Shown here piece after piece: positions 44,159 to 52,940 of a stretch of 64,000 bases of DNA. Position 1 is the first letter of the stretch. Each line of letters starts with the position of its first letter. Origin of the DNA: an uncultured Nitrososphaerales archaeon (GTDB taxonomy: Archaea > Thermoproteota > Nitrososphaeria > Conexivisphaerales > DTJL01); the NCBI GenBank assembly GCA_964475215.1, contig CAYYVT010000187.1:3506-67505 (forward strand), read 5' to 3'. The position numbers and the translations under genes are program-made. The notes beneath the pieces are model-generated. The model did no database searches. It saw nothing but the letters and a program-made list of their open reading frames with translations, and had not been told where the DNA came from.

Positions 44159-45052
44159 ATGTTTCTTGTGCCAGGGTCCGGAAATAAACCTCTGGGACTC
44201 GAGATTGCAAAAGCCCTGACCTGTCCCGTAATCGACTTCGAATCTAGGAAGTTCCCCGACGGCGAAAGATATCTGAGGTTCGTCGACGATTTGCCGCATG
44301 ATACTGCCGTAATCACACAATCACTATACAAGAATCCCGATGAACTCATGATCGAATATCTCTTCCTAGCCAAGACCGCGTTGGACTTGGGCGCAAAGGA
44401 CATCGTCGGAGTCTTCCCATATATGGCTTATCTGAGGCAGGACAACCGCTTCAAATCAGGGGAAGCTGTAAGCGCTCACATCGTCAGCAGCATCATCGAA
44501 GCCGCTCCAACTTCAGCCGTATTAACGTTGGACAGTCATCTCCATAGAATTCACAATCTTGACGGGTTATTCGGTGTTCCTGCCGTCAACCTTTCTGCCA
44601 TCCCCTCGTTAGCAGAAAGGTTAGCCTCCGATTGCGTTCTTAGGGATCCCGTCGTAGTAGCTCCGGATGGCGAGGCGGCCCAGTGGGCAGATTTGGCGGC
44701 GCCTATACTCGGCGCAGATTCGGTGGTGATGCAGAAGGTTAGGCGCGGGGACACATCTGTAGAGATCGACCTCGGGCGCGTAGCCCCTAACGGCCGCGAC
44801 ATCGTGCTTGTTGATGATATAATCAGCACGGGAGGGACGATTGCTGAGGTGGCCCAGCGGTTGAAGGGCAAGGGAGCTAATCACATATATGCTTTAATCA
44901 CTCATGGCCTCTTTGTCGAGGGGGCATACGAAAGGGTCGTCAGAGCGGGTGTAGAACACTTGATAACCTCTGACTCCGTGCCGAACCGCTTCGGCAAGGT
45001 GAGCGTTTCACCGGTGTTCGCTACGGCCCTCAAAAACCTCGTACTTGCATAG
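44159..45052 (+). CDS. prs: ribose-phosphate pyrophosphokinase (PRPP synthetase)
   Basis: RKFPDGERYLRF near the N-terminus and the PRPP-binding loop VLVDDIISTGGTI. Confidence 0.88.
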   Translation: MFLVPGSGNKPLGLEIAKALTCPVIDFESRKFPDGERYLRFVDDLPHDTAVITQSLYKNPDELMIEYLFLAKTALDLGAKDIVGVFPYMAYLRQDNRFKSGEAVSAHIVSSIIEAAPTSAVLTLDSHLHRIHNLDGLFGVPAVNLSAIPSLAERLASDCVLRDPVVVAPDGEAAQWADLAAPILGADSVVMQKVRRGDTSVEIDLGRVAPNGRDIVLVDDIISTGGTIAEVAQRLKGKGANHIYALITHGLFVEGAYERVVRAGVEHLITSDSVPNRFGKVSVSPVFATALKNLVLA

Positions 45053-45057
45053 CACAG

Positions 45058-45219
45058 TCAGGAGCTGCTTGTGACTTGGACGTCAAATTCGTCTGGGTTC
45101 AGCCTGGCACCGCACTTCTTGCAAAGACCTTTGTACAGACGAAGTATCTGCTTTGGTGATTTCACTTCGTCGCCCGCATAAATCTTTGCACCGCATTTCG
45201 AGCATACTATCTCGAACAT
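45058..45219 (-). CDS. 53-aa zinc-ribbon mini-protein (unassigned)
   Basis: ATG ORF not in the track: MFEIVCSKCGAKIYAGDEVKSPKQILRLYKGLCKKCGARLNPDEFDVQVTSSS, with two CxxCG knuckles. Confidence 0.5.
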   Translation of the reverse strand: MFEIVCSKCGAKIYAGDEVKSPKQILRLYKGLCKKCGARLNPDEFDVQVTSSS

Positions 45220-45293
45220 CCTCGGGGAACCTGCGGTCAGGTATGATTTAAATATAAAAGGACCATGTGGGCGAAGTCATCTCTGCTTTCCAA

Positions 45294-47393
45294 ATGTCCG
45301 GACTACCTGAAAACTATACGCTTATTGTGGCAGAGAAACCGGATGCTGCAAGGCGAATAGCTTCAGCCCTTGGACAAAGCTCGACCGGGTTAAAAGGCCA
45401 CCCCGAGTACTTCCTATGCCCGGGCAAGACGAACTACGTCGTTGTACCCGCCGTAGGGCACATCTTTGCGCTAGCACCTACCTATTCGAAACGTGACGTA
45501 TATCCGGCCCTTGATCTCCGCTGGGTCCCTCTTTCGCTGGTCGACAAAAGACGGAAGGATGTGGACAAGAGAATAAAGGCCTTCAAGTCCATCTCGAAGA
45601 AGGCTTCAAAGCTAATCGTCGCCTGCGACTACGACGCAGAAGGCGATACCATAGGTTACAACATCCTGAAGTATGCATGCGGGGTAAAGAACGTGGAAGC
45701 ATTCAGAGCCAAGTTCTCGACTCTTACCAACGGCGAACTATCGAAATCACTCTCGGAACCCGTCTGGCAGGAGAAATGGCCGATGGCCGAGGCAGGTCGA
45801 ACGCGCCATTTTCTCGATTTCGCATGGGGGGTCAACCTCTCGAGAGCTTTGACCGAGTGCCTTCTGGAGGCTGGTGGCAGGTACACGACTCTGAGCATAG
45901 GGCGCGTTCAAGGACCGACGATTCATTATATACACGAAAGAGAAGTCGAGATCAGGACTCATGTTCCCGTACCTTACTGGCATGCGGACGCAGAGGTCGA
46001 AGCTGATAGGAACCATTTTCGCATGGACTATTCAATCCACAGGATAGGCACAAAAGTCGAGGCCTTCTTAGTCAAGCGAGAGGTCGAGGGAAAAACAGGC
46101 ACCGTCGAGGAGGCCATAAAGAGCCAATTCATGATTCCGCCACCGCCACCATTCAATCTGGGAGATCTCCAACATGAAGCCTTCCGGTTGTTCTCCCTCG
46201 CTCCTTCTCAAACCCTTTTGATGGCGGAGAGGCTCTATCTTCAAGCGGTGATATCTTACCCAAGGACCTCTTCCCAGCAGCTTCCAAACACCATCGGCTA
46301 CTCGAGCATATTGGAGGGCCTCTCCAAGCAAGAAACTTTCAAATCTATAGTGCTTTCCATGCTCAAGGGAAAGCTGACCCCCAGCCAAGGTCAGAAATCG
46401 GATTCCGCACATCCTGCCATCTTCCCCACAGGAGAGTTTCCTTACAACCTCGAACCTAACGAAAGGCGGCTCTACGAACTTATAGTGCGCCGGTTCCTGT
46501 CGTCGTTCTTAGAGGCCGAAGTCAAGAACAAGTACTTTCTTAGGGTCACATGTGGTAAGCATGCCTTTCACACTTCATCGACCACCACCCAGTCGCCGGG
46601 GTGGTCGGCAGTGTACAACGTCAACGATGTCAGGCAAGCCTTGACGCTTCCTCCGATGGCTGAGGGCTCAAAGGTCACATTCATCTCAGTAGAGGTGAAA
46701 GAAGCGTTCGACTCTCCTCCCTCAAGATACAACCAGAGCACGCTTCTCGAACGAATGGAAAGTGACAACATAGGAACGAAGGCTACCAGGGCGGAGATCA
46801 TATCCACTTTGATTCAGAGAGGCTACGTCTCCGGAGGCGGCATGGAGCTTTCAGACCTTGGGTTCGCCATAGTAGAAACCATGTCCAAATACCTACCCTC
46901 CATTCTGTCGCCCGACATGACTAGGTCAATCGAAGCACAGCTAGAGGGCGTCGAAGCTGGCACCTCGGCCCCGAAGGAAGTAGCCGTGACTGGCGTGGAC
47001 CAACTGCTCTCCTGCCTCCGCCGTCTCGAAGCTAACAGGTCTGAGGTCGGGAAGGCGATGCACCTTGCAGCCGCCGAAACAATCAAGGCGAAGTCAGCTT
47101 TAGGGCCCTGCCCCGTATGCCACAACGGTCAGTTGATCATGATACGCTCCCGCAGGACGGGGAAACGTTTTGTAGGTTGCAGTAACTACAAGAGAGGCTG
47201 CAAGGCCGTCGCGCCCCTTCCTCAAAAGGGAACCGTTAGGGCTGCCAGATACCCTTGCAAGACATGTGGCTGGCCTGTCGTGCTGGTGTTTGCACTGTAC
47301 GGCGAAAGGCCTTGGCGGCTCTGTATCAATCCGACTTGCCCCTCTAAAGTCACTACCACGAAAGGAGGGGCTCACGGGGGGCCCGTCGATTGA
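45294..47393 (+). CDS. topA: DNA topoisomerase, type IA (TopA/Topo III-like) with C-terminal zinc ribbons
   Basis: Toprim (LIVAEKPDAARRIA, ACDYDAEGD), active-site region ISYPRTSSQ, and C-terminal CPVCHNG...CSNYKRGC...CKTCGWP...CINPTCP. The track starts at GTG 45267. ATG 45294 fits better behind the TTTAAATATAAAA box at 45247-45259. Confidence 0.88.
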   Translation: MSGLPENYTLIVAEKPDAARRIASALGQSSTGLKGHPEYFLCPGKTNYVVVPAVGHIFALAPTYSKRDVYPALDLRWVPLSLVDKRRKDVDKRIKAFKSISKKASKLIVACDYDAEGDTIGYNILKYACGVKNVEAFRAKFSTLTNGELSKSLSEPVWQEKWPMAEAGRTRHFLDFAWGVNLSRALTECLLEAGGRYTTLSIGRVQGPTIHYIHEREVEIRTHVPVPYWHADAEVEADRNHFRMDYSIHRIGTKVEAFLVKREVEGKTGTVEEAIKSQFMIPPPPPFNLGDLQHEAFRLFSLAPSQTLLMAERLYLQAVISYPRTSSQQLPNTIGYSSILEGLSKQETFKSIVLSMLKGKLTPSQGQKSDSAHPAIFPTGEFPYNLEPNERRLYELIVRRFLSSFLEAEVKNKYFLRVTCGKHAFHTSSTTTQSPGWSAVYNVNDVRQALTLPPMAEGSKVTFISVEVKEAFDSPPSRYNQSTLLERMESDNIGTKATRAEIISTLIQRGYVSGGGMELSDLGFAIVETMSKYLPSILSPDMTRSIEAQLEGVEAGTSAPKEVAVTGVDQLLSCLRRLEANRSEVGKAMHLAAAETIKAKSALGPCPVCHNGQLIMIRSRRTGKRFVGCSNYKRGCKAVAPLPQKGTVRAARYPCKTCGWPVVLVFALYGERPWRLCINPTCPSKVTTTKGGAHGGPVD

Positions 47394-47605
47394 CCTGCTC
47401 GATTTGTGGTAAGGAATCCGCCACGCCTGCCGAGTTATGTAAGAACCATGAAGCCGCCAGGAAGAACCTAGCAAAAGCATACGAGGGATGGCAAATCGCA
47501 TACGGAACGATGGAATGGATGGACTTCTTGCAAAGGGTCCCGGGACTAGAGGGTTGCGGCCAATGGGCACAAGAGGTAGCGAAATACCTTGTTCAAAAGA
47601 GCTAG
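47390..47605 (+). CDS. 71-aa Cys-containing small protein, translationally coupled to topA
   Basis: The TTG start overlaps the topA stop (TTGA). MTCSICGKESATPAELCKNHEAARKNL.... Its TAG stop overlaps the tfs stop on the other strand within CTAG. Confidence 0.45.
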   Translation: MTCSICGKESATPAELCKNHEAARKNLAKAYEGWQIAYGTMEWMDFLQRVPGLEGCGQWAQEVAKYLVQKS

Positions 47606-47946
47606 GAGTATTGCCGCCATGTATAACCACACTTAGTGCACCTGTAGAATTGCGTGGGCGGCTCGTCTCCACTCCTCGTTTGGACGAACCACCACTCGGC
47701 CTCGTTGTTGTGACAACGTGGGCACTCGACCGTAGTTGTAGGCATGGTCCGAATATGATTCGCTTCGTCGCCTACCACTTTAATCGGAGCCGAGCTCTCC
47801 GACTCCTCTTCCATTCTGACGTTCTCCTCCTTGACGCTCTTGGAGAAGTATCCGCACTTGTCGCAGGTCAACGCCATGAAGCTATCTTTGTCCGTCTTCA
47901 CCAGCTTCACTTTGAGCCAGCTGCCGCAATTCGGGCAGAACTTCAT
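47602..47946 (-). CDS. tfs: transcription factor S (TFS, RpoM-like)
   Basis: N-terminal ribbon FCPNCGS...CDKCG and a C-terminal TFIIS-type ribbon CPRCHNNEAEWWFVQTRSGDEPPTQFYRCTKCGYTWR. Confidence 0.9.
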   Translation of the reverse strand: MKFCPNCGSWLKVKLVKTDKDSFMALTCDKCGYFSKSVKEENVRMEEESESSAPIKVVGDEANHIRTMPTTTVECPRCHNNEAEWWFVQTRSGDEPPTQFYRCTKCGYTWRQYS

Positions 47947-47968
47947 TCCAAGACACCAGCTACTATGA

Positions 47969-48250
47969 TCAGGCCCTCTCCATTACTTTGCCGAGCAGGG
48001 TAATCGTTTCTCTGGTCCTCTGTACGGCCTTTTCACAGCCTTCACTGAAAACTTTCTTGGGATCTCCTTCTTTCACTGCTATCCGCATGGTCTGATTCTT
48101 CAAGAGAGGGTGCGGCCTGTTGTAAGCTGCAAATGCCACTCGCCTGTCGTTCAACAACTCCTCCTGTATTATCTGAAGCAACGATTGGTCGGCGCCCGTG
48201 ACGTCGATCTCTAAGCTAGTAGAATCTTCTTTGAGAATCTTTACCTGCAT
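47969..48250 (-). CDS. rpoL: DNA-directed RNA polymerase subunit L (Rpo11)
   Basis: 93 aa: KILKEDSTSLEIDVTGADQSLLQIIQEELLNDRRVAFAAYNRPHPLL. Confidence 0.85.
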   Translation of the reverse strand: MQVKILKEDSTSLEIDVTGADQSLLQIIQEELLNDRRVAFAAYNRPHPLLKNQTMRIAVKEGDPKKVFSEGCEKAVQRTRETITLLGKVMERA

Positions 48251-48297
48251 ATCTACGATTGAGTGTCTTAGACGATGTATGTTTAAGGTTTTCCTTT

Positions 48298-48984
48298 TTA
48301 TCGGTCTTCGTAACGTCGACGAGGCCGGCCATAGCTCCTTCTATGTGGTCCACCATAGCGACGCCCCCTTCGGTCGTCATGGCGCCTTCCGCCGTACCGC
48401 CTCGGCCTTTCTCGGAATTCATGCAATTCCTCGAACCCGGCCATCTTCCTGTATTCAATGTTGCCGCAGACAGAGCACTTGGCCTTCCCTCCGCTCATTC
48501 CTTCCATAAGCCCTCCACAAAGGGAGCACCAAGTCTTGATGACGCCGAGTTCCATCTCTCTGAATCCCAGAAAAATCATCCCGTTTGCCGTGCTCGTGAC
48601 TGCTGCACGTACAACATCGCCAGGCTTGCTCGGGCTGGATGCCCTTGTCCGCGTGAGCAGCATTCCCATCAGATTGTTGTTGACCTCCATGTCGTTCACT
48701 GAATATATTCGAATCTGCAGGCCAGCGCCCTGCTGAGCTTCGACCACCCCCAAAATGATGTCTCCTCTGACTGGCACAGGGCTCTTTGTCCCCTTGCTGA
48801 TGACGCTCACTTCCCTCTTGGCCGAATCATACTCGACCTTCCCGGCGAAGAGTGATTTCACCTCGCCGCCTTCCTCATATGTTCCTCTCGAACCCGTGAA
48901 CTCTTCGATGACCGATAGCCGGTCCCCTGGTGCGGCCACCTCTGCTCTAGCTTTCTTCGCTGTTGTCAACTGCTTCACACCCAA
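48298..48984 (-). CDS. csl4: exosome RNA-binding subunit Csl4 with an Arg-rich C-terminal extension
   Basis: N-terminal domain plus S1 core, a zinc ribbon (CSLCGG...CSVCGN), then about 45 extra residues RERPRRYGGRRHDDRRGRRYGGPHRRSYGRPRRRYEDR. Confidence 0.8.
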   Translation of the reverse strand: MGVKQLTTAKKARAEVAAPGDRLSVIEEFTGSRGTYEEGGEVKSLFAGKVEYDSAKREVSVISKGTKSPVPVRGDIILGVVEAQQGAGLQIRIYSVNDMEVNNNLMGMLLTRTRASSPSKPGDVVRAAVTSTANGMIFLGFREMELGVIKTWCSLCGGLMEGMSGGKAKCSVCGNIEYRKMAGFEELHEFRERPRRYGGRRHDDRRGRRYGGPHRRSYGRPRRRYEDR

Positions 48985-49982
48985 AATCCTGAACCGAACA
49001 TATCCCCCAATTCTCTCCCTTCTAATAACCTTATCAAGCCAAGCGCTTGTTCATACGAAAGCATTGGGCGATTGAACTCCTCATTGTCCAAGGCGACCCT
49101 AGGGCAGGCAGTTTCCACGAAAGCATCGACTCCTCGGATTGCGGCTATCCTTTGTGGGGTCACCTCTCGCATGTGGAAGAGATACGTCTTCTTGCCAAGC
49201 CTATTCAGCTTGCTCTTGACCTCATCAGCTTGTTTCCTAAACAATTGTCCTTCTTTCATGCTCACTACGATTCCTATCTTCTCAGCGTCCTTTGCCTTCA
49301 GGACAGAAAGTATGGCCTTTCGTTCCATGTGCTCGGCTTCCTTTGCCATGTCTTCGATTAGGTTGAAAAAGGGATCCAGCATGTAAGTCGGCTTGCGTGT
49401 GTTCAGTCTAACACCTACAGCGTGGAATCTGCTTTGCCCTAGGAAGAAGAACGCCTCGACATCCTTCGCGATGTTCCGGGCGCTGTAGTAGTTACAGCCG
49501 AACACTTGGCCATCGAAAAGCACTCCCTCACTTTCGCCTTTGATAGCATGAAGGCCCTTTTCATTTAGGTACGCAATGGCCATGTCGAGCTGCGCCTTGT
49601 GGTTACTTATTGTCACCACCCCGACCTTGGAAAACGCATCCTTGAATCGTCCTATCGCTTGGTCTAGCACAGGCTTGAAATCTACGTTGTACTCCACATC
49701 TACGAGATAAGTGAACTTCCCAACCCTGCCCACGCCCACCGAATGACCAAGGTTTAGAATCAAGTCCAGCCCCAGCCGTTTCACATCGAGATTCATGAGG
49801 TCACATGTTCCGTAGCTCGGATCGAACAAAATCATCGTCTCCACTGCATGTTTCTGCTCTAACCTTTCAGCAAGCTCCAAGACGACGTTAAGCAGCCCGT
49901 CCGGAGCTTGGATTCCGATTTTCCTGGGCTTTTGCTCTGCGATTATTCGAGCTATCTGGTCTTCTCTTATGGATATGCTCAC
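48975..49982 (-). CDS. dph2: diphthamide biosynthesis enzyme Dph2 (2-(3-amino-3-carboxypropyl)histidine synthase)
   Basis: IGIQAPDGLL start region and Dph2 colinearity with conserved Cys residues. The long ORF (to 50069) overlaps rpl10e. GTG 49982 or 49991, just after the rpl10e stop, is the likely start. Confidence 0.8.
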   Translation of the reverse strand: MSISIREDQIARIIAEQKPRKIGIQAPDGLLNVVLELAERLEQKHAVETMILFDPSYGTCDLMNLDVKRLGLDLILNLGHSVGVGRVGKFTYLVDVEYNVDFKPVLDQAIGRFKDAFSKVGVVTISNHKAQLDMAIAYLNEKGLHAIKGESEGVLFDGQVFGCNYYSARNIAKDVEAFFFLGQSRFHAVGVRLNTRKPTYMLDPFFNLIEDMAKEAEHMERKAILSVLKAKDAEKIGIVVSMKEGQLFRKQADEVKSKLNRLGKKTYLFHMREVTPQRIAAIRGVDAFVETACPRVALDNEEFNRPMLSYEQALGLIRLLEGRELGDMFGSGFWV

Positions 49983-49983
49983 G

Positions 49984-50505
49984 TCAAGCACCAGAAGCCT
50001 CGGCTGGTGACTCAATGGTCTCCAGTCGGGTCTTGACAGGCAGCTTGCTGGAAGCGACCTTGATGGCATCTTTCGCCTGCTGTACGTTCTTCCCCTTTAT
50101 CCCGAGCTCTAGAAGGACGCTGCCATCCTCAACTCTAGCAGCTAGACCCACGGGCTTGCCAAACGCACGTCTCATTCCCTCGGAAAGCCTGTCTGCCCCC
50201 GCCGTAGCGACCACCTTGTTTTCACGCAAAATGACGTGAGGAAAGGCCTTGACAGAGAGGTAGTAGTTCCCCTCTCCAAGAGAGGTGGCGAGCTTGTTAA
50301 CAGACACCCTGGCGGCTTCAAGTGCGTTATGCCTAATCTGGGCCCTTTCGCATGATATCAGTCTGAAAACATAGTCATAGTCTTCGCTTGGATTGCCTAT
50401 GGTAAATTTCGCAATCTTGGGCTGAGGATGCCCCTTGATATACTCGCCCCTGGTGTAGGGTTGTCCTTTGACTTCTCTGTAGTTTCGTCCTTTCAAGCTA
50501 ATCAA
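49984..50505 (-). CDS. rpl10e: 50S ribosomal protein L10e (uL16)
   Basis: TTG start; RNYREVKGQPYTRGEYIKGHPQPKI...RMRRAFGKP. Confidence 0.9.
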   Translation of the reverse strand: MISLKGRNYREVKGQPYTRGEYIKGHPQPKIAKFTIGNPSEDYDYVFRLISCERAQIRHNALEAARVSVNKLATSLGEGNYYLSVKAFPHVILRENKVVATAGADRLSEGMRRAFGKPVGLAARVEDGSVLLELGIKGKNVQQAKDAIKVASSKLPVKTRLETIESPAEASGA

Positions 50506-50545
50506 CCTCGTAGGTTGATGTCCAGTTTAAAAGTATATTGGTTTC

Positions 50546-51244
50546 CTAAAACCGTCGCTCCAAAGCGAGATCGAGCTTTCTAAAGGCCCCGATTAGCATC
50601 ACGACTTCCTCCTGCGTGAGGCCAGATCGTATCACCGCCTGGCCGAGCGTTCTGACTGCCAATCTTCTTTTGTATGCAGGATATTTGCCCAAGCTCAATG
50701 CCATCGAGAAATACTCCAGCAGCCTATCAGAATACAAGCGGCTGACCCGGTGAATTCTCTTTGGCTTTGCAGACCTCAGGCCATATAGCAAGATGGCCAA
50801 TGCATGAGAAATGTTCAACGTTGGATAGGATGTCCCTGTGCCCAAGTGCAGCACCAGGTCACACGCTCGAAGCTCAGAAGCTGTGAGCCCAGTCGTATCT
50901 CTTCCAAGGACTATTACCGTGCTTGCTGGGTCCATTCCCACCGAGATCAAATCATCCAACGTAACAGTCTTCCTAGCAGGGTTCCTCCCGTTTCCTCCGA
51001 CTATGGCGGTGGTTCCGACGACCACGTCAAACCGTTGTCTGAGTTCATCCAAGCTTAGTACCTGGGCATTTCTGATTACATCCGCTCCATGTGAAGCGAA
51101 ACGGTAGGCGGAGGGAGGCATGCCTTCCCTTCCAATGATGAACAGGCGACCCACTCCGAAATTCTTCATGGTCCTCGCGACATAACCAACGTTAAGGCCA
51201 AACCTTGGCTCGACCATGGCCACACTAAGGCGCTCTAGCTTCAT
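50546..51244 (-). CDS. SpoU/TrmH-family RNA 2'-O-methyltransferase (TrmJ-like)
   Basis: VAMVEPRFGLNVGYVARTMKNFGV...VLGRDTTGLT...LNISHALAILLY, the SPOUT knot motifs. Confidence 0.65.
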   Translation of the reverse strand: MKLERLSVAMVEPRFGLNVGYVARTMKNFGVGRLFIIGREGMPPSAYRFASHGADVIRNAQVLSLDELRQRFDVVVGTTAIVGGNGRNPARKTVTLDDLISVGMDPASTVIVLGRDTTGLTASELRACDLVLHLGTGTSYPTLNISHALAILLYGLRSAKPKRIHRVSRLYSDRLLEYFSMALSLGKYPAYKRRLAVRTLGQAVIRSGLTQEEVVMLIGAFRKLDLALERRF

Positions 51245-51283
51245 CTCGTTCCGAGGGGAACATTAAAAACAGGGATTTAACCA

Positions 51284-52399
51284 TTGGTTCAGCCAAGTCG
51301 CCAGTTGCCAACGAACCTCACAGCTGAGGCTAGAGCCCGCTGGGCCCAAGCTCGCGCTGCAAAGAATCCCAAGGAGAAGGTGAAGCTCCTGCGCGAATTC
51401 TATTCACTGATGCCGCATCACAAATCGACGGAAAGGCTGGAGGTCTCCATAAAGAAACAGATATCGAGCCTTGAAGACGAAATCCAGACAGCGAAATCCA
51501 GGAAGACGGGTAGCACCCGTGTCGAATGGCAGGTGGAGAAGGGCATATTCCCACAGATTGCCCTCAGCGGACCCTTTGAAACCGCCGCCTCTCTATTCAG
51601 GAGGCTCACCGGACTTCAGACGTCTCTATTTGAAACTCACAGGGGTCCGGTAGTGGGCGCCTATCATTTAGGTGGTCTCACCCTGCAGATGATGCTAACA
51701 CCTTATGACCGGAGCATCGGTCGTCAGGTACAAGAAAGGCTCCTATATCTAATCAGAACTTCGGACCTGCTTTTGATAGACCTTCCACAGAATTCATGGA
51801 AGGAATACTGGGCCGAGTTCAAACAATGGACGCTTGAGCATAACTTGGAGGTCTCGCCGAAGCAGGCCGCCGTCGAGCTAAGGAACATGCCCACGGGCGG
51901 AGTGAGACTCATAGGTAGGGCGGACACCTTCGACGAAAGCGAACTGGTTTCGTTTCTTCGAGGCTATAACATCTTGAATTGCATCGTCAGGGTATCGCCT
52001 GACGCTACCCTGGACGATGTTGAGGCCGTAATCTTCGGTAGAGCTTTCAAGAAGTGCGCCTTCCTGACGCCTCTTCGGGCTCCTCCCATAGATGGAGTGA
52101 CAGCGGCATCCTTCGCTACTGATGACATATTCTCCTCACCATCTAGGTTTGTGGACTCACTCCTGGCAAATATGGAGCTGGTCCGCATCAACACCAGGTC
52201 TGCCAGCGGGACGGTCGCCGAACGACCGCTCTTGGTCAGGCGCAACACCAGGGTTATTGAAGTGGCAAGGGACATCCACAAAGACCTTTGGCGTAATTTC
52301 AAATATGCAAAAGTCTGGCGGGGCCAAGAGGGGCCGCCGATTAGGGTCGGAAAGGATTTCAGGGTCGCCAACGGCGACGTCATCGAGATTTTCGATTGA
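51284..52399 (+). CDS. DRG-family protein with degenerate GTPase motifs and an intact C-terminal TGS domain
   Basis: Colinear with archaeal DRG, but G1 is ALSGPFETAAS (not GxPxxGKS), G3 is LTPYD (not DxPG) and no NKxD is present. The C-terminal TGS-like region is RPLLVRRNTRVIEVARDIHKDLWRNFKYAKVWR...RVANGDVIEIF. Confidence 0.65.
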   Translation: MVQPSRQLPTNLTAEARARWAQARAAKNPKEKVKLLREFYSLMPHHKSTERLEVSIKKQISSLEDEIQTAKSRKTGSTRVEWQVEKGIFPQIALSGPFETAASLFRRLTGLQTSLFETHRGPVVGAYHLGGLTLQMMLTPYDRSIGRQVQERLLYLIRTSDLLLIDLPQNSWKEYWAEFKQWTLEHNLEVSPKQAAVELRNMPTGGVRLIGRADTFDESELVSFLRGYNILNCIVRVSPDATLDDVEAVIFGRAFKKCAFLTPLRAPPIDGVTAASFATDDIFSSPSRFVDSLLANMELVRINTRSASGTVAERPLLVRRNTRVIEVARDIHKDLWRNFKYAKVWRGQEGPPIRVGKDFRVANGDVIEIFD

Positions 52400-52940
52400 C
52401 AGTTCCTTTGATTGCCATGAAGGCGATGAGTTCCTCGAAGAAGAGCTTCATGGCGTTCAGCTCGGTCACGTCGATTCCAACATCGTGTAGCAACTTGGAT
52501 AAACCATCGATGTCGGACGAGCTCGAGGCTAGGAAGACTAGTCTTCCTGTCTTGGCCAAAGCCCTGTAGGAACTAACCGCCATGTCATATGTCACCTCTA
52601 CACCTGTTTTGCCGCCAGAAGTTGCCAAGTCTTCTTCTCCCTCATTTATGAGGTAAGGAGGGTTGAAGAAAACCATCCGAAATGAGCCCTCCCTCAAGCA
52701 GTCGCATGATCGGCAACGCACATATTCGGTCGAATTGGAAGGATCCATGTTGTGTGCCATCTTTAATGCCTTAGCATTCAAGTCCGTACCCAGGGCTAGG
52801 TCCGGTGCGTTGGCGTTGACGTAGTGGCGAAGGACGAAGCCGGACCCCACACCTACTTCGGCTACCCTATCTGCCCGAACCTTCACCACCTCTCTGTATA
52901 GGAAAAGGCTGTCGTCACTTGGCTGATAGACATCGGTCAA
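52380..52940 (-). CDS. HemK/PrmC/Mtq2-like N5-glutamine protein methyltransferase
   Basis: VYQPSDDS start region, SAM motif VAEVGVGSG, and catalytic NPPY (VFFNPPYL). The TTG start at 52940 overlaps the ksgA stop (TTGA). The longer ORF in the track would overlap ksgA by 106 nt. Confidence 0.75.
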   Translation of the reverse strand: MTDVYQPSDDSLFLYREVVKVRADRVAEVGVGSGFVLRHYVNANAPDLALGTDLNAKALKMAHNMDPSNSTEYVRCRSCDCLREGSFRMVFFNPPYLINEGEEDLATSGGKTGVEVTYDMAVSSYRALAKTGRLVFLASSSSDIDGLSKLLHDVGIDVTELNAMKLFFEELIAFMAIKGTVNRKSR

